This document shows, piece after piece, positions 10,164-21,618 of a stretch of DNA of 64,000 nucleotides. The stretch lies in NCBI RefSeq assembly GCF_044704955.1, contig NC_091982.1, forward strand, positions 166,532,001-166,596,000. The letters are read 5' to 3'. The notes beneath the pieces were generated by a model. That model was not told the origin of the DNA. It saw only the letters and a program-made list of their open reading frames with translations, and ran no database searches. The translations under genes and the position numbers were made by a program. Each line of letters starts with the position of its first letter. Positions within the stretch are counted from its first letter, which is position 1. This stretch comes from Pristiophorus japonicus (taxonomy: Eukaryota).

Positions 10164-10408
10164 TTTTACGTTTTAAAGTTAATTTGTTTTAATTGCCGGT
10201 GCTTTTAGTGTCCCCTTCCCTTTTATAGGGGGCACTGGGGAAAAATTGTGATTTTAGTGCCCAAAAAAAAACAAAAAAAAAAAAGAAAAAACACAAAAAA
10301 AAACACAAAAAAGGGGGGAAAAAAATGGGCCTTGTAAATGTCTGGAGTGTCACCCAGGTCGGGTGGCACCGTTTAATGTTTTATGTTTTCACAGATAAAC
10401 TCAAAAGA

Positions 10409-10426
10409 GTTTCATGCACAAGGACC
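10409..10426 (+). repeat. 18-bp target-site duplication, continuing directly into CR1 sequence
   Basis: GTTTCATGCACAAGGACC followed by CCCAGGTCCCTCTGCACCGC, the antisense of CR1 AVQRDLGVLVHE. Confidence 0.9.
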
Positions 10427-11390
10427 CCCAGGTCCCTCTGCACCGCAGCATGTTGTAATTTCTCCCCATTCAAATAATATTCCCTTTTACTGTTTTTTTT
10501 TCCCCCAAGGTGGATGACCTCACACTTTCCGACATTGTATTCCATCTGCCAAACCTTAGCCTATTCGCTTAACCTATCCAAATCTCTTTGCAGCCTCTCT
10601 GTCCTCTACACAACCCGCTTTCCCACTAATCTTTGTGTCATCTGCAAATTTTGTTACACTACACTGTCCCCTCTTCCAGGTCATCTATGCATATTGTAAA
10701 CAGTTGTGGTCCCAGCACCGATCCCTGTGGCACACCACTAACCACCGATTTCCAACCGGAAAAGAACCCATTTATCCCGAATCTCTGCTTTCTGTTCGCC
10801 AGCCAATTCTCTATCCATGCTAATACATTTCCTCTGACTCCGCGTACCTCTATCTTCTGCAGTAACCTTTTGTGTGGCACCTTATCGAATGCCTTTTGGA
10901 ATTCTAAATACACCACATCCATCGGTACACCTCTATCCACCATGCTCATTATATCCTCAAAGAATTCCATAAATTAGTTAAACATGATTTCCCCTTCATG
11001 AATCCATGCTGCATCAGCTTGATTGCACTATTCCTATCTAGATGTCCCGCTATTTCTTCCTTAATGATAGTTTCAAGCATTTTCCCCACTACAGATGTTA
11101 AACTAACCAGCCTATAGTTACCTGCCTTTTGTCTGACCCCTTTTTTAAACAGAGGCGTTACATTAGCTGCTTTCCAATCTGCTGGTACCTCCCCAGAGTC
11201 CAGAGAATGTTGGTAGATTATAACGAATGCATCTGCTATAACTTCCACCATCTCTTAATACCCTGGGATGCATTTCATCAGGACCAGGGGACTTGTCTAC
11301 CTTGAGTCCCATTAGCCTGTCCAGCACTACCCCCCTAGTGATAGTGATTGTCTCAAAGTCCTCCCTTCCCACATTCCTGTGACCAGCAAT
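10409..11390 (-). mobile_element. CR1 LINE fragment (RT region), host of the Tx1 array
   Basis: Minus-strand frames give [56 protein letters not shown], with frameshifts. Confidence 0.92.
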
Positions 11391-11501
11391 TTTTACCAAA
11401 TGGGCAAATTTTGCCCTGCCTTGCTGCCACATGTGCAGGCATTCAGAGGTGAATGATGGGAGAGTATTTATGTGCTCCTGTCCTGAGAGACAATCCCATA
11501 A

Positions 11502-11608
11502 CAAGAACATAAGAGCATAAGAATTAGGAGCAGGAGTAGGCTATTCAGCCCCTCAAGCCTGCCACGCCATTCAATAAGATCATGGCTGATCTTCTACCTC
11601 AACTCCAC
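11502..11608 (-). mobile_element. CR1 3' tail fragment
   Basis: Antisense of GGCCTACTCCTGCTCC...(TTCTTATG)n, the same tail as at 28571-28680. Confidence 0.8.
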
Positions 11609-14184
11609 TGATAATCTGAGGTTATGCTCCTTTTACTGGCCATCAATTTGCAGGAAAGCAGAAGTAATGAGCTCTGTAACTGGTTACCAAACCCATCCAA
11701 GACAGAAGAGGCAACCCTCTCCAATCAGGCACCCAAGGTCTCAATCCCAAAAGCCTGTGTCTATATAGAGGAAGTACAGGCTCTGTCAAGTAGGGCCTCT
11801 GTTACAGGGCCTTTCCTGTGGATGTCACTGGAGCTTTCAAGTACTTTATGGCGACCTTCCATGCTGTTTTACCATCCTCCAATGTCCTGAGCATGCTATT
11901 AGTGGACTCCTCCACCCAAGTGACCATCTGCAAGACACTGTCTGATACAGCCCTCGATGACTCTGCTGAGGTTTAATGCTCTGCAAGCAACATTCTTTTA
12001 AATTCAGGACCCTTGTGCTGCTGATCAACATCTGATCCTCTGACCAGTGGCATCTTCCCGCTCTAGTTGTCGCCAGCAGCAGCTCCTGCCCACTCCTGCT
12101 CAGTGTGGCACACCCCTGTGCCTCACCCTCCAATTCACCCAGGGTGGATGTCTCTGGGGTGCTTGGGAGGAATACTGTGAGTGTTGGTGGTCATTGCAAA
12201 CTGCTGGCATCACCAGATGCTGAGGATTCTCCTTATTTCTTTTGCTGTCACACAAAAGCAGAGAAAATGATTAGGAGGTTACAATGGTTTCCGGAAGAGC
12301 AGAGCTCATAGTCCAGTTAGAGTGACATGAGGTTCTACAATACGGTTCACTGAACATTAATGCAGCATACAATAGGAAGAGAAGCAGAATGCCATGATGT
12401 ATACTCAGCTGGCATATGCCTTCTTTATTTTACCAACTCTGACTCCCTCTATTGCCTCCCTCCCTGTGATCTGCAGATAGCTTTGGACCAGATGGATTTG
12501 TTTTCTATTATTAGACATTGTCCTCAGTTACAGGAAACAATTGGATGGAATTCTGCACCACTGAACAAGATTCTGCATTACTATAATTTCAAGAATAAAT
12601 ACTTTTAACTGGCAACATCAATGGAAATATTAACCAGGGTTCCCATTCCGTGGGATTGGGTTTTCTGCCCATTAGTGGTCAATGGATGGAAAATATACCA
12701 AAGTCTATTCATTAGCCCTGGCTGGAAAGTGTGGGTTTCAGATGATCACAGGATTAGGCTACGCTCTGTTGTGGTCTGCAGTTGAATAGCTGGTCAACAC
12801 GCACCATTTAAGCTCGCACGTGAAGAATGTCCATTGCAGGTAGGTGCAGTGCTCATGGAGCCAGTCCCCAGCACCCAGCTCAATCATTCTCTTCAATAAG
12901 AGGAAGAAAGAAACTTGTAGACAGGGAACAACACAAAAAAGTCTAGAAAGTGAGTTAGTCCAATGATATACAATATACTCTGTTAAGTACTTACAATGGC
13001 ATTGTTAATTGAGGGCTGTACTACAAAGGGAAGCTACAATTTAACTCATGACATTAATATGATAACATATTTCTAAGCTCCTCCTGAGACTTCTCACTGA
13101 AGTATCTGAGTTCACTTGAGTAAAATGGCATGAGTTATATTTTCTACTTTCTTTTCAGCTGGTTTGCCCATACTCTGTTACCTTATCCCCTGCATTGTGT
13201 TCTGGCAGTAGTTGAGACGTGGACAGAGAGGTTCCCTTTCAGTGAATAATTCCTCCCCAGACACCGGTATACTAATTGCTCTTTTTATTCACTTCACCAA
13301 CCACCACAGGGAGTTTCAGGTGTCACTTAATGAGGGTGCAGGAGCCATTAGTGAGAAAACGAAGCCCATCAGATGAGAATCAGTCATGACCTTTTGCTTC
13401 TGTACAACCAAGGGTAGAACTGTCATTACCTGCCTATAGTTGGGTACTTCTGGGACACAGAGGTAGCTTTATTTAATAGGTTGCTGTTTAGAGGTGCTGA
13501 CCTTATATAACGATTCTTCTGAGTCAGTGAGCATGTGGACTGTATATTTCTAAAGCTTGATCTAACTGTGCACAACTGTAGTTTGAAGAATAGGAAGGGC
13601 CCATTATTTATAAGCCTCAAATGGTTAATGAGTTACAAAGATCTTTTTTACAGGCGTGTATCACACCACCATCAGTAAGCGTCTTATTTATTTATGCAGG
13701 GGTTGGTGTCACTGTATTTTCAACACGTTTGTGTGTCCTGCTGCTTGGCTGAAAGCAATATTTCACTGGTTAATTAATTTTAATTGCAGAGCAATCAATT
13801 ATCTCTCATTATGCCAGTTAAATTAACAACCCTGTCTATAAACTAAAATAGGACTATAATAGGGAGAAATGGCACACAAGGGGAATTAGTGGATTATGGA
13901 AAAGAATAGGCCTCCAAGTGGTATTGAGAAACATGTGATGTATTGCGAGGCAAGTGTGACAAATTGTTTATCTGTCAGTAAATATTAACCTTCAGTTACC
14001 TATCTGGATTAACCAGAAACTTTTCACAGAACTTCATTACTTTTGCATGTGCCTCAGAAGATATAAAATTATACTTTTTTGACCTGGAGTGGTGTCATTG
14101 TGATGAAAGTTTCTGTGTATAGTTTGCTGGTCTCTGGTGGCGCTACAGCACCTCAGTTTGGGTGGGCGCAGGAAGGGGAACAAC

Positions 14185-14520
14185 ATGGTCAGCCAGTGTA
14201 ACTGCAGTACTGAGGGAGTGCTGCACTGTCAGAAGTGCTGTCTGCTCTCTCGGGTGGACATAAAAAATCCCAGGGCACTATTTCAAAGAAGAGCCGGGGA
14301 GTTCTCCCTAGTGTCCTGGCCAATATTTATACCTTAATCAACATAACAAAAATCAATTATCTGGACATATCACATTGCTGTTTGTGGGAGTTTGCTATGC
14401 GCAAGTTGGCTGCCGCGTTTACCACATTACAACACTAACTACACTTCAAATGTACTTCATTGGTTGTGAAGCACTTTGACCGGTGGCCGTGAAAGGCGCT
14501 ATATAAATGCAAGTCTTTTG
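14185..14520 (+). mobile_element. Deu-domain SINE (SacSINE1/AmnSINE-like)
   Basis: GTACTGAGGGAGTGCTGCA...GTCCTGGCCAATATTTAT...TGTTTGTGGGAG, and the tail GAAAGGCGCTATATAAATGCAAG. Confidence 0.75.
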
Positions 14521-15234
14521 TTTTCTTTCTCTTAACTGGTATCCACGTGCATGTTGGGTGAGGATTGAAATAGGCTCAGCTATGATGCTCCCCACGACCT
14601 GCAGACCCATACGTGCGTGACTCGCACATGAAGAATGGTCACCGCAGGGCTGGCAGTGCCCACGGAGCATCATGCCGTATATCAGGAGAAAAGGGGAGTA
14701 AATTGGAAAACTGATGTAGGTTTTCTAATGCGTGCTTCAATGCTTGATTTAGTGAGAAAACATACGATGCTGCTTACTGTTCATATCTCTTTATTGTGGA
14801 TGAGGCCGATTTTCAGGAGCCTGAATATTTTGAAAGGGCTGGCATTGGCAACTGATGGCAGTGATTGCGAGTTGACAAATGACGTTGAGATGGCTGCAAT
14901 AAAGGAATTTTGAAGTTAGAGATTACCTGGCCAGGCTCGGGCGGGTCACCAAGAACATTTATGGAAATGAGAAGCGCCCATCCAGATCGGCAAGACTTCC
15001 ACTTCCTCTAAAACCCCGGGTACGCTGCCCACCTCCAGCCTTGCCCGCATCTTACCCGCCCTCCCTTTAAAATCGGGGCCAATATTTTTAACGATAATAG
15101 GAAATGTTAAGGGAAGTGTTAAGGACCTCGTTCCCAGATAGACTAAAAAAAATATTAAAAATACCACTACTGCTTATTCTGTCTTTTCTTTTCCCATTCT
15201 TTCTTTTTTCCCATTCGGTCGCCCCTGTGTTTTT

Positions 15235-15242
15235 ATATATAT

Positions 15243-15277
<35 letters not shown>

Positions 15278-15282
15278 AATAT
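15235..15282. repeat. (TA)n microsatellite
   Basis: Visible imperfect TA run. Confidence 0.95.
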
Positions 15283-16559
15283 GTATTTTTTTTACTTTCC
15301 CTTTTTTAAATAATAAGCCTATTCTAAAATTTCCACTGCTAATCTTACTTTAAATACTTTGACCTCACTCCTCCTATGAATGTCCCCACTCAGATTGTCA
15401 ATTTTGGTTGAGGAACCTACACTGAAAAAATTGACTTTACATTGGCAGAAAACTGGTCCCAAAGGCTAGGTTGGGTAGGTTTCTTCTGCCAATCAGATGT
15501 CAAATTGTCACAGTTGACATAAATACAACCAGAACAAATTTTGCCAATTTTGAAGCTTCAAACCGTTGAGAGCTATTGCAAAATGAGTAGTCTGCAAAGC
15601 ACCAGGGGGCCGAAATTGCCCCTTTTTTAAAGAGCCATTACCACCTAAAAGATGCGATTACGGGGCGGAAATTAGTTTCATCTCAGTCGGGGCAGCCTCC
15701 CTGATGATCAGGTCATCGCCCTCATGATTTCTTCAGGTGGAGAAGGTGAGCACCCAACTCCCCCGACATCCGCCCCGCTCCTCGGAGCACGGCAATAAAG
15801 ACATCCTCATAGCACGCACTACCTGGTCCCTGCCCTGGAAGTGACATTGCCCAGAAATCGTCGATCGAACACTTGTCGGTGCCAGCAACAGATTTTTCTG
15901 TTGCAGTAAAATCTGCAATCTAAACCGCCAGCAGTATTTAAAGGCGCAATGCGGCTCGCACCATTGTTGTCGGCAAAATTTTTATTCTGGGTTGAGGCTT
16001 TGAACGTTTTACCTCTAATTTGGGCTTCAACGATTACTGGGCCTCACTTTGCACAGCTTCCAGTATCGAATCTTGCTCCAAGAACTAGCATTAGCAGAGT
16101 AGGCCACTGTTTGCAAATAATGGGCTCAGTCCTGGCAGCGGAACGCCTCCTGCACATTGTGCGTGGCACGGTGGATCGCAGCAGAGAGCGGCAACACCAA
16201 CTACAGATACAGAGGCAGCGTGAGAGGGACAGAGATAGGATGAGTCACCGAGATGGAGATAGCCATATACCTGCATAAAGAGAAGGATGTGGGGAAGGAC
16301 GTGAAGAAGGGCATGCAGTGAGGAGGAGGGTCGGAGACAAAGACCCCCAGAACCAGAGAATGAGGGACATGGAGAGGAGAAGGCAACATCAACAGCAGGC
16401 GGATGTGTGCCAGCACCAGGATGCAGAGGGTCAAGAGCAGCATGGCCAGGAGGTAGAAGGGGATGAGGAAGGTGGCAGAGCAAGACACAGTCACAGACGT
16501 GATGGCGGAAGGCCCTATGTGCAAGGGTCTTCAGACAACAGGTTTCCTACATGGACCTC

Positions 16560-19340
16560 AATAGTAAAGGATGAATTCCGAACAATAGTGAGAAAGGATA
16601 TTGGCTCAGAAAATCAAGATGTAGAATCAGTCTGGATGGAGCTAAGGAGCACCAAGGGCCAGAAACCATTGGTGGGAGTTGTCTATAGGCCTCCAAACAG
16701 TAATGGTAATGTAGAGGACGGTATCAAACAGGAAATTAGAGATGCATGTAACAAGGGTACTACAGTAATCGTAGGTGACTTTAATCGACATATAGACTGG
16801 TCAAACCAAATTAGTAATAATACTGTGGAAGATGAATTCCTGGAGCGTGTACAAGATGTTTTTTTAGACCAGTATGTTGAGGAGCCTACTAGGGAACAGG
16901 TTATCCTAGATTGGGTATTGTGCAATGAGAAGGGGTTAATTAACAGTCTTGTTGTGCGGGGTCCTTTAGGGAAGAGTGACCATAACATGATTTAATTTTT
17001 TATTAAGATGGAAAGCGAAGTAGTCCAATCCAAAACTAGGGTCCTAAATCTAAACAAAGGAAACTGCGAAGTTATGAGGAATGAAATGGCTATGATATAT
17101 TGGGAAGATTCATTAAAAGTCATGACTGTGGATTGGCAATAGCTAATATTTAAGGAATTAATGCATGAATTGCAATAGTTATACATTCCTTTCTGGCATA
17201 AAAACACACAAGAAAAAGTGGCCCAACCATGGCTAACAAAAGAAATTAAGGATAGTGTTAGATCCAAAGAGGAGTCATACAAAGTTGACAGAAAAAGTAG
17301 CAAGCCTGAGGATTGGGAGCAGTTTGGAAAAAAGGACCAAGAGATTGATTGAGGGGGAAAATAGAGTATGAGAGTAAACTTGCAAGGAACATAAAAACTG
17401 ACTGCAAAAGTTTTACAAGTACAAAAAAAGAAAAATATTAGTGAAGACAAATTAGTAGGTCCTTTACAGTCAGAAATGGGGAACAAGGAAATGGCAGAAC
17501 AATTAAATAAATACTCGGCTCTGTCTTCACGGAAGAGGACACAAATAACGTCCTAGAAATGCTAGGGAACCAAAGGTCGAGTGAGCAAGAGGAATTAAAG
17601 GAAATGATTATTAATAAGAAAATAGTGCCGGAGAAACTAATGGGACTGAAGGCCGATAAATCCTCAGGGCTTGATGATCTGCATCCCAGAGTACTAAAAG
17701 GGTGGATGGAAATAGTGGATGCAGATTGGAGGGTGGCAAATGTAACCCCACTATTTAAAAAAGGAGGGAGAGAGAAAACAGGGAACTAGAGACCGGTTAG
17801 CCTAACATCAGTAGTAGGGAAAATGCTAGCATCTATTATAAAGGATATGATAATGGGACACTTGGATTATATCAATGGGATAAGACAAAGTCAACATGGA
17901 TTTATGAAAGGAATTTCGTGTTTGACAAACCCACTGGAGTTTTTTGAGGATGTAACTGATAGAATAGATAAGGGAGAACCAGTGGATGTAGTGTATTTGG
18001 ATTTTCAGAAGGCCTTTGATAAAGTCTCACATAAGAGGTTAGTGTGCAAATTAAAGCACATAGGATTGGGGGTAATCTACTGGCATGGATTGAAAATTGG
18101 TTAACTGACAGGAAACTGAGAGTAGGAATAAACGGGTCTTTTTGGGGATGGCAGGCAATGACAAGTGGGGTATCAGTGCTTGGGCCCCAGCTATTCACGA
18201 TATATATATCTGGATGAGGGAACCAAATGTAATATTTTCAAGTTTGCTGATGACACAAAACTAGGTGGGATTGTGAGTTGTGAGGAGGTGCTGCAAGACG
18301 ATTTAGATAGGTTGAGTGAGTGAGCAAACACATGGCAGATGCAGTATAATGTGGATAAATGTGCAGTTATCCACTTTGGTAGGAAAAAAATAAAGACAAA
18401 GTATTATTTAAATGGTGATAGCTTGGAAAATGTCGGTGTACAAAGGGACCTGGGTGTCCTTGCACACCAGTCATTGAAAGTAAAGATGCAGGTGCAGCAA
18501 GCAGTTAGGAAGGGAAATGGTATGTTGGCCTTCATTGTAAGAGGATTTGAGTACAGGAGCAAGAATGTCTTACTACAGTTATACAGAACCTTGGTGAGAC
18601 CGCAGCTGGAGTATTGTGTGCAGTTTTAGTCTCCTTACCTAAGAAAGGATATACTTGCCATAGTGCAGCGAAGGTTCACCAGACTGATTCCTGGGATGGC
18701 CTTACTGTCGTATAGAAACATAGAAACATAGAAAATAGGTGCAGGAGTAGGCCATTTGGCCCTTCGAGCCTACACCACCATTCAATAAGATCATGGCTGA
18801 TCATTCACCTCAGTACCCCTTTCCTGCTTTCTCTCCATATCCTTTGATCCCTTTTGCCATAAGGGCCATATCTAACTCCCTCTTGAATATGAGGAGCGAT
18901 TGGGTCGACTAGGCCTGTATTCACTAAAGTTTAGAAAAATGAGTGGGGATCTCATTGAAATGTATAAAATTCTGACTGGGTTGGACAGACTGGATGCGGG
19001 GAGGATGTTTCCGCTGGCTGGGAAGTCTAGAACAAGGGGTCACAGTCCCAGGATACGGGGTAGGAAATTTAGAACCGAGATGAGGAGAAATGTTTTCACT
19101 CAGAGGGTGGTGAACCTGTGGAGTTTTCTACCACAGAAGGCTGTGGAGGCCAAGTCACTGAATATATTTAAGAGGGAGATAGATAGATTTCTAGACACAA
19201 AAGGCATCAAGGGACATGGGGGGAAAAGCGGGAATATGATGTTGAGATAGAGGATGAGCCATGATCATATTGAATGGCGGTGCAGACTCGAAGGGCCGAA
19301 TGGCCTACTACTGCTCCTATTTTCTATGTTTCTATGTTTC
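16560..19340 (+). mobile_element. CR1 LINE, 5'-truncated (EN to 3' tail)
   Basis: VVYRPP, GDFN, SDH endonuclease motifs; RT motifs with stops and frameshifts; ends in (TTCTATGT)n. Confidence 0.93.
18713..18887 (-). mobile_element. Short CR1 3' tail inserted antisense into a CR1
   Basis: (AGAAACAT)n...GGAGTAGGCC interrupts host CTGTCG-TAT-GAGGAG, with TAT on both sides. Confidence 0.85.
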
Positions 19341-20330
19341 AATGATGACCAGTGTCTGCAGAGACTGTGATTCAGGAAAAATATGGTGTCAGAGCTGTGC
19401 AATCTCCTCCAGCCAGACCTGCAGCCTGAAACAAGGGTGAAGATGGCTCTATCAGTGGCATCAAAGGTCACCATCGCCCAGAATTTCTATTCCACTAGAC
19501 CTTTCCAAGGAGCCACAGCAGACATCTCCAACTGCTCCCAATATGCTGTGTATTGCTCCATCCATCAGGTCACAGATGCTCTGTACAAGAGGAAGAGAGA
19601 TTACATCTCCTTTGCAATGACCAGAAAGAAGCAGTTGGAGCGCCCTACTGGCTTCTTCAGGATATCGGGCTTCCCCAGGGTTCAGGGCGCTTTAGACTGC
19701 AGCCATATGGCATTGAGGGCACCGCACAATCCAAAGATCTTCCGAAATCAGAAGGGATTCCACTCACTCACTGTCCAGTTGGTGTGTGACCACAACCACC
19801 CAATCATGGTCGTTGATGCCCGGTATCCTGGCAGCAGCCGCGATGCTTTCATGCTGCGGCAGACCCGTGTGCCAGGTGTGTTTGATGCATCAAATGAAGG
19901 TCGCGGCTGGCTCCTAGGAGACACTGTGCACTTGGCTGCTGAGTCCCCTTCGCAACCCCACCATACCTGCGCAGCAATCTTACAACGAATGTCATAATTT
20001 GGCCAACAGGTGCATCACTGAATAGACAATCGGAATCTTTAAACAGTGGTTCCACTGCCTGGATCGCTCAGGAGGAGTGCTGCATTACTCACCTGACTGG
20101 GTGTCTATATTTGTCATCGTCAGCTGCATGCTTCACAACCTGCCAATCAAGAGGGCACAGCCATTGGCCGACGATGTACCAGTAGCACCTGAGGAGGAGG
20201 CGCAGGAGGAGGACGTGCAGTAGGAGGAGGAGGCGCAGGAGGAGGAGGAGAAGGAGGTGCAGGAGGTGGCCTCGCCATCCCGATCCTGCAAGAGAATTCC
20301 GAGACCGTCTCATTGATGCGCGTTTCCACT
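19341..20330 (+). pseudogene. HARBI1-like Harbinger DDE transposase, disrupted
   Basis: GFPRVQGALDCSHMAL, FRNQKGFHSLTVQLVCD, ARYPGSSRDAF, WLLGD; frameshifts and an acidic tail. Confidence 0.9.
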
Positions 20331-20539
20331 AAGTTGGTCACCACTTCCAGCTTCATCTGTGCATCCCCATGGCCGCACCAATGGGCCCTTCCACACATCA
20401 TTCCCCACACTGAAATTAGAGACTGCAACAGATATTTGAAGTTTCAAATAAAGATCTATATAACAATAACATGCAGCAACAATACCAACATTCTCAATCA
20501 CCCTTGTGCAATTCCATATAACCCCTGTTATATCTACCT

Positions 20540-21618
20540 ATTCTATAACTACGCCACCCCTGTGGCTGCAGCATGGCTGTGGGAAGACTGCTCTCTTTCA
20601 CCTCCAGACGCTACAGATATCGGTCTAGGTTTCCCTTGACCAGCTCTGGCCCTCAGCACTAGCTCTCTGGATTGGTTGAGTGCAAACCATGGCTGGTTGC
20701 AATGACGGAGGGACAGGGCTGGGATCGGGAATGCTGCGATCCTGAGAGAGCACAGCAGGTTCCTGGTCCAATGACCTGTCACCATTCCCCCGGGGCAGTA
20801 CCTCAACATCCCCACCAATCTGCTGGAGCACAGTTGGGCGGGCTGCTGCGACACCATCAGATCCCCAGTGGGCTGTGGTGGACCAGCGGCAATGACAGCC
20901 GTCCGATCGTGTGGCATCGAGCTGAAACTGCCATAAAAGCAGACACAGCCTCAATGCTATCAGATACTGACAACGTGACAGCAGTAAGACGCTCCGTGGC
21001 ATGATGCTGAGACTGCGTGAGAGCATTCTGAGCCTCCATGCCAGCAGCCATCCTCTCCATTATAGCACTAAGACGTTGGGTCGTTTCCGCCTGTGCTTTA
21101 ACAGCAGCTGTCACATCGCCCATGACCCGCGTCATGAGATCTGGATCCGCACGGTCACTCTGGGAGTCCAACATCATCTGTACACTTGCAGTGATGAGTT
21201 CCGTGCACAAAGCTGTCTGCAATGCGGGAGGCAGACTCCTTACCCTTGCCATTGCCCCAGCATTTCCGAGTGCATGACCTTTGTTCAAACACCTCCATTT
21301 TGAGGTGCTCATCTGAGTCCTGTCCAGCAGAACTCATGTGCGAACTTGCCCTCCGGAGAGCTGGCTACCGAGGTTCCCTTTGCCCTTGACCATGCTGCAA
21401 CCCACTAGGCCCCGGTGTATCAACCAGTGCAGACCCCTCTCCTGATAAACTGCAAAGAACGTGGACTCCCAGTATATGGTCAGGTGCACGGGAGCGTAAG
21501 AAGCAGTGATGCTCGGAGCAGTCTGTCTCTCGGAATTCACCTCCTCCCACATTGTCGTCATTGTCGTCACTTGGCTCAGGGGCCTGAGGCTCATGTCTCC
21601 AGGACATCATCTGCTACC
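20540..21618 (-). pseudogene. Harbinger accessory gene, C-terminal part, degraded
   Basis: Convergent with the transposase. Coiled-coil-like Ala/Met-rich frames (TQRLSAIMERMAAGMEAQ). Candidate splice acceptor CCCATTTAG near 21620. No Myb domain visible. Confidence 0.55.

Larger units (their letters stand above)
3223..10408 (+). mobile_element. Tx1-clade non-LTR retrotransposon, copy 2, full length and intact
   Basis: About 920-bp 5' UTR, ORF1, 26-nt spacer, ORF2 and about 245-bp 3' UTR, flanked by the identical 18-mers. Confidence 0.95.

Noticed and set aside
11610-13000. Possible ancient Harbinger or SINE remnants
   Set aside because: Too degraded to assign by eye.
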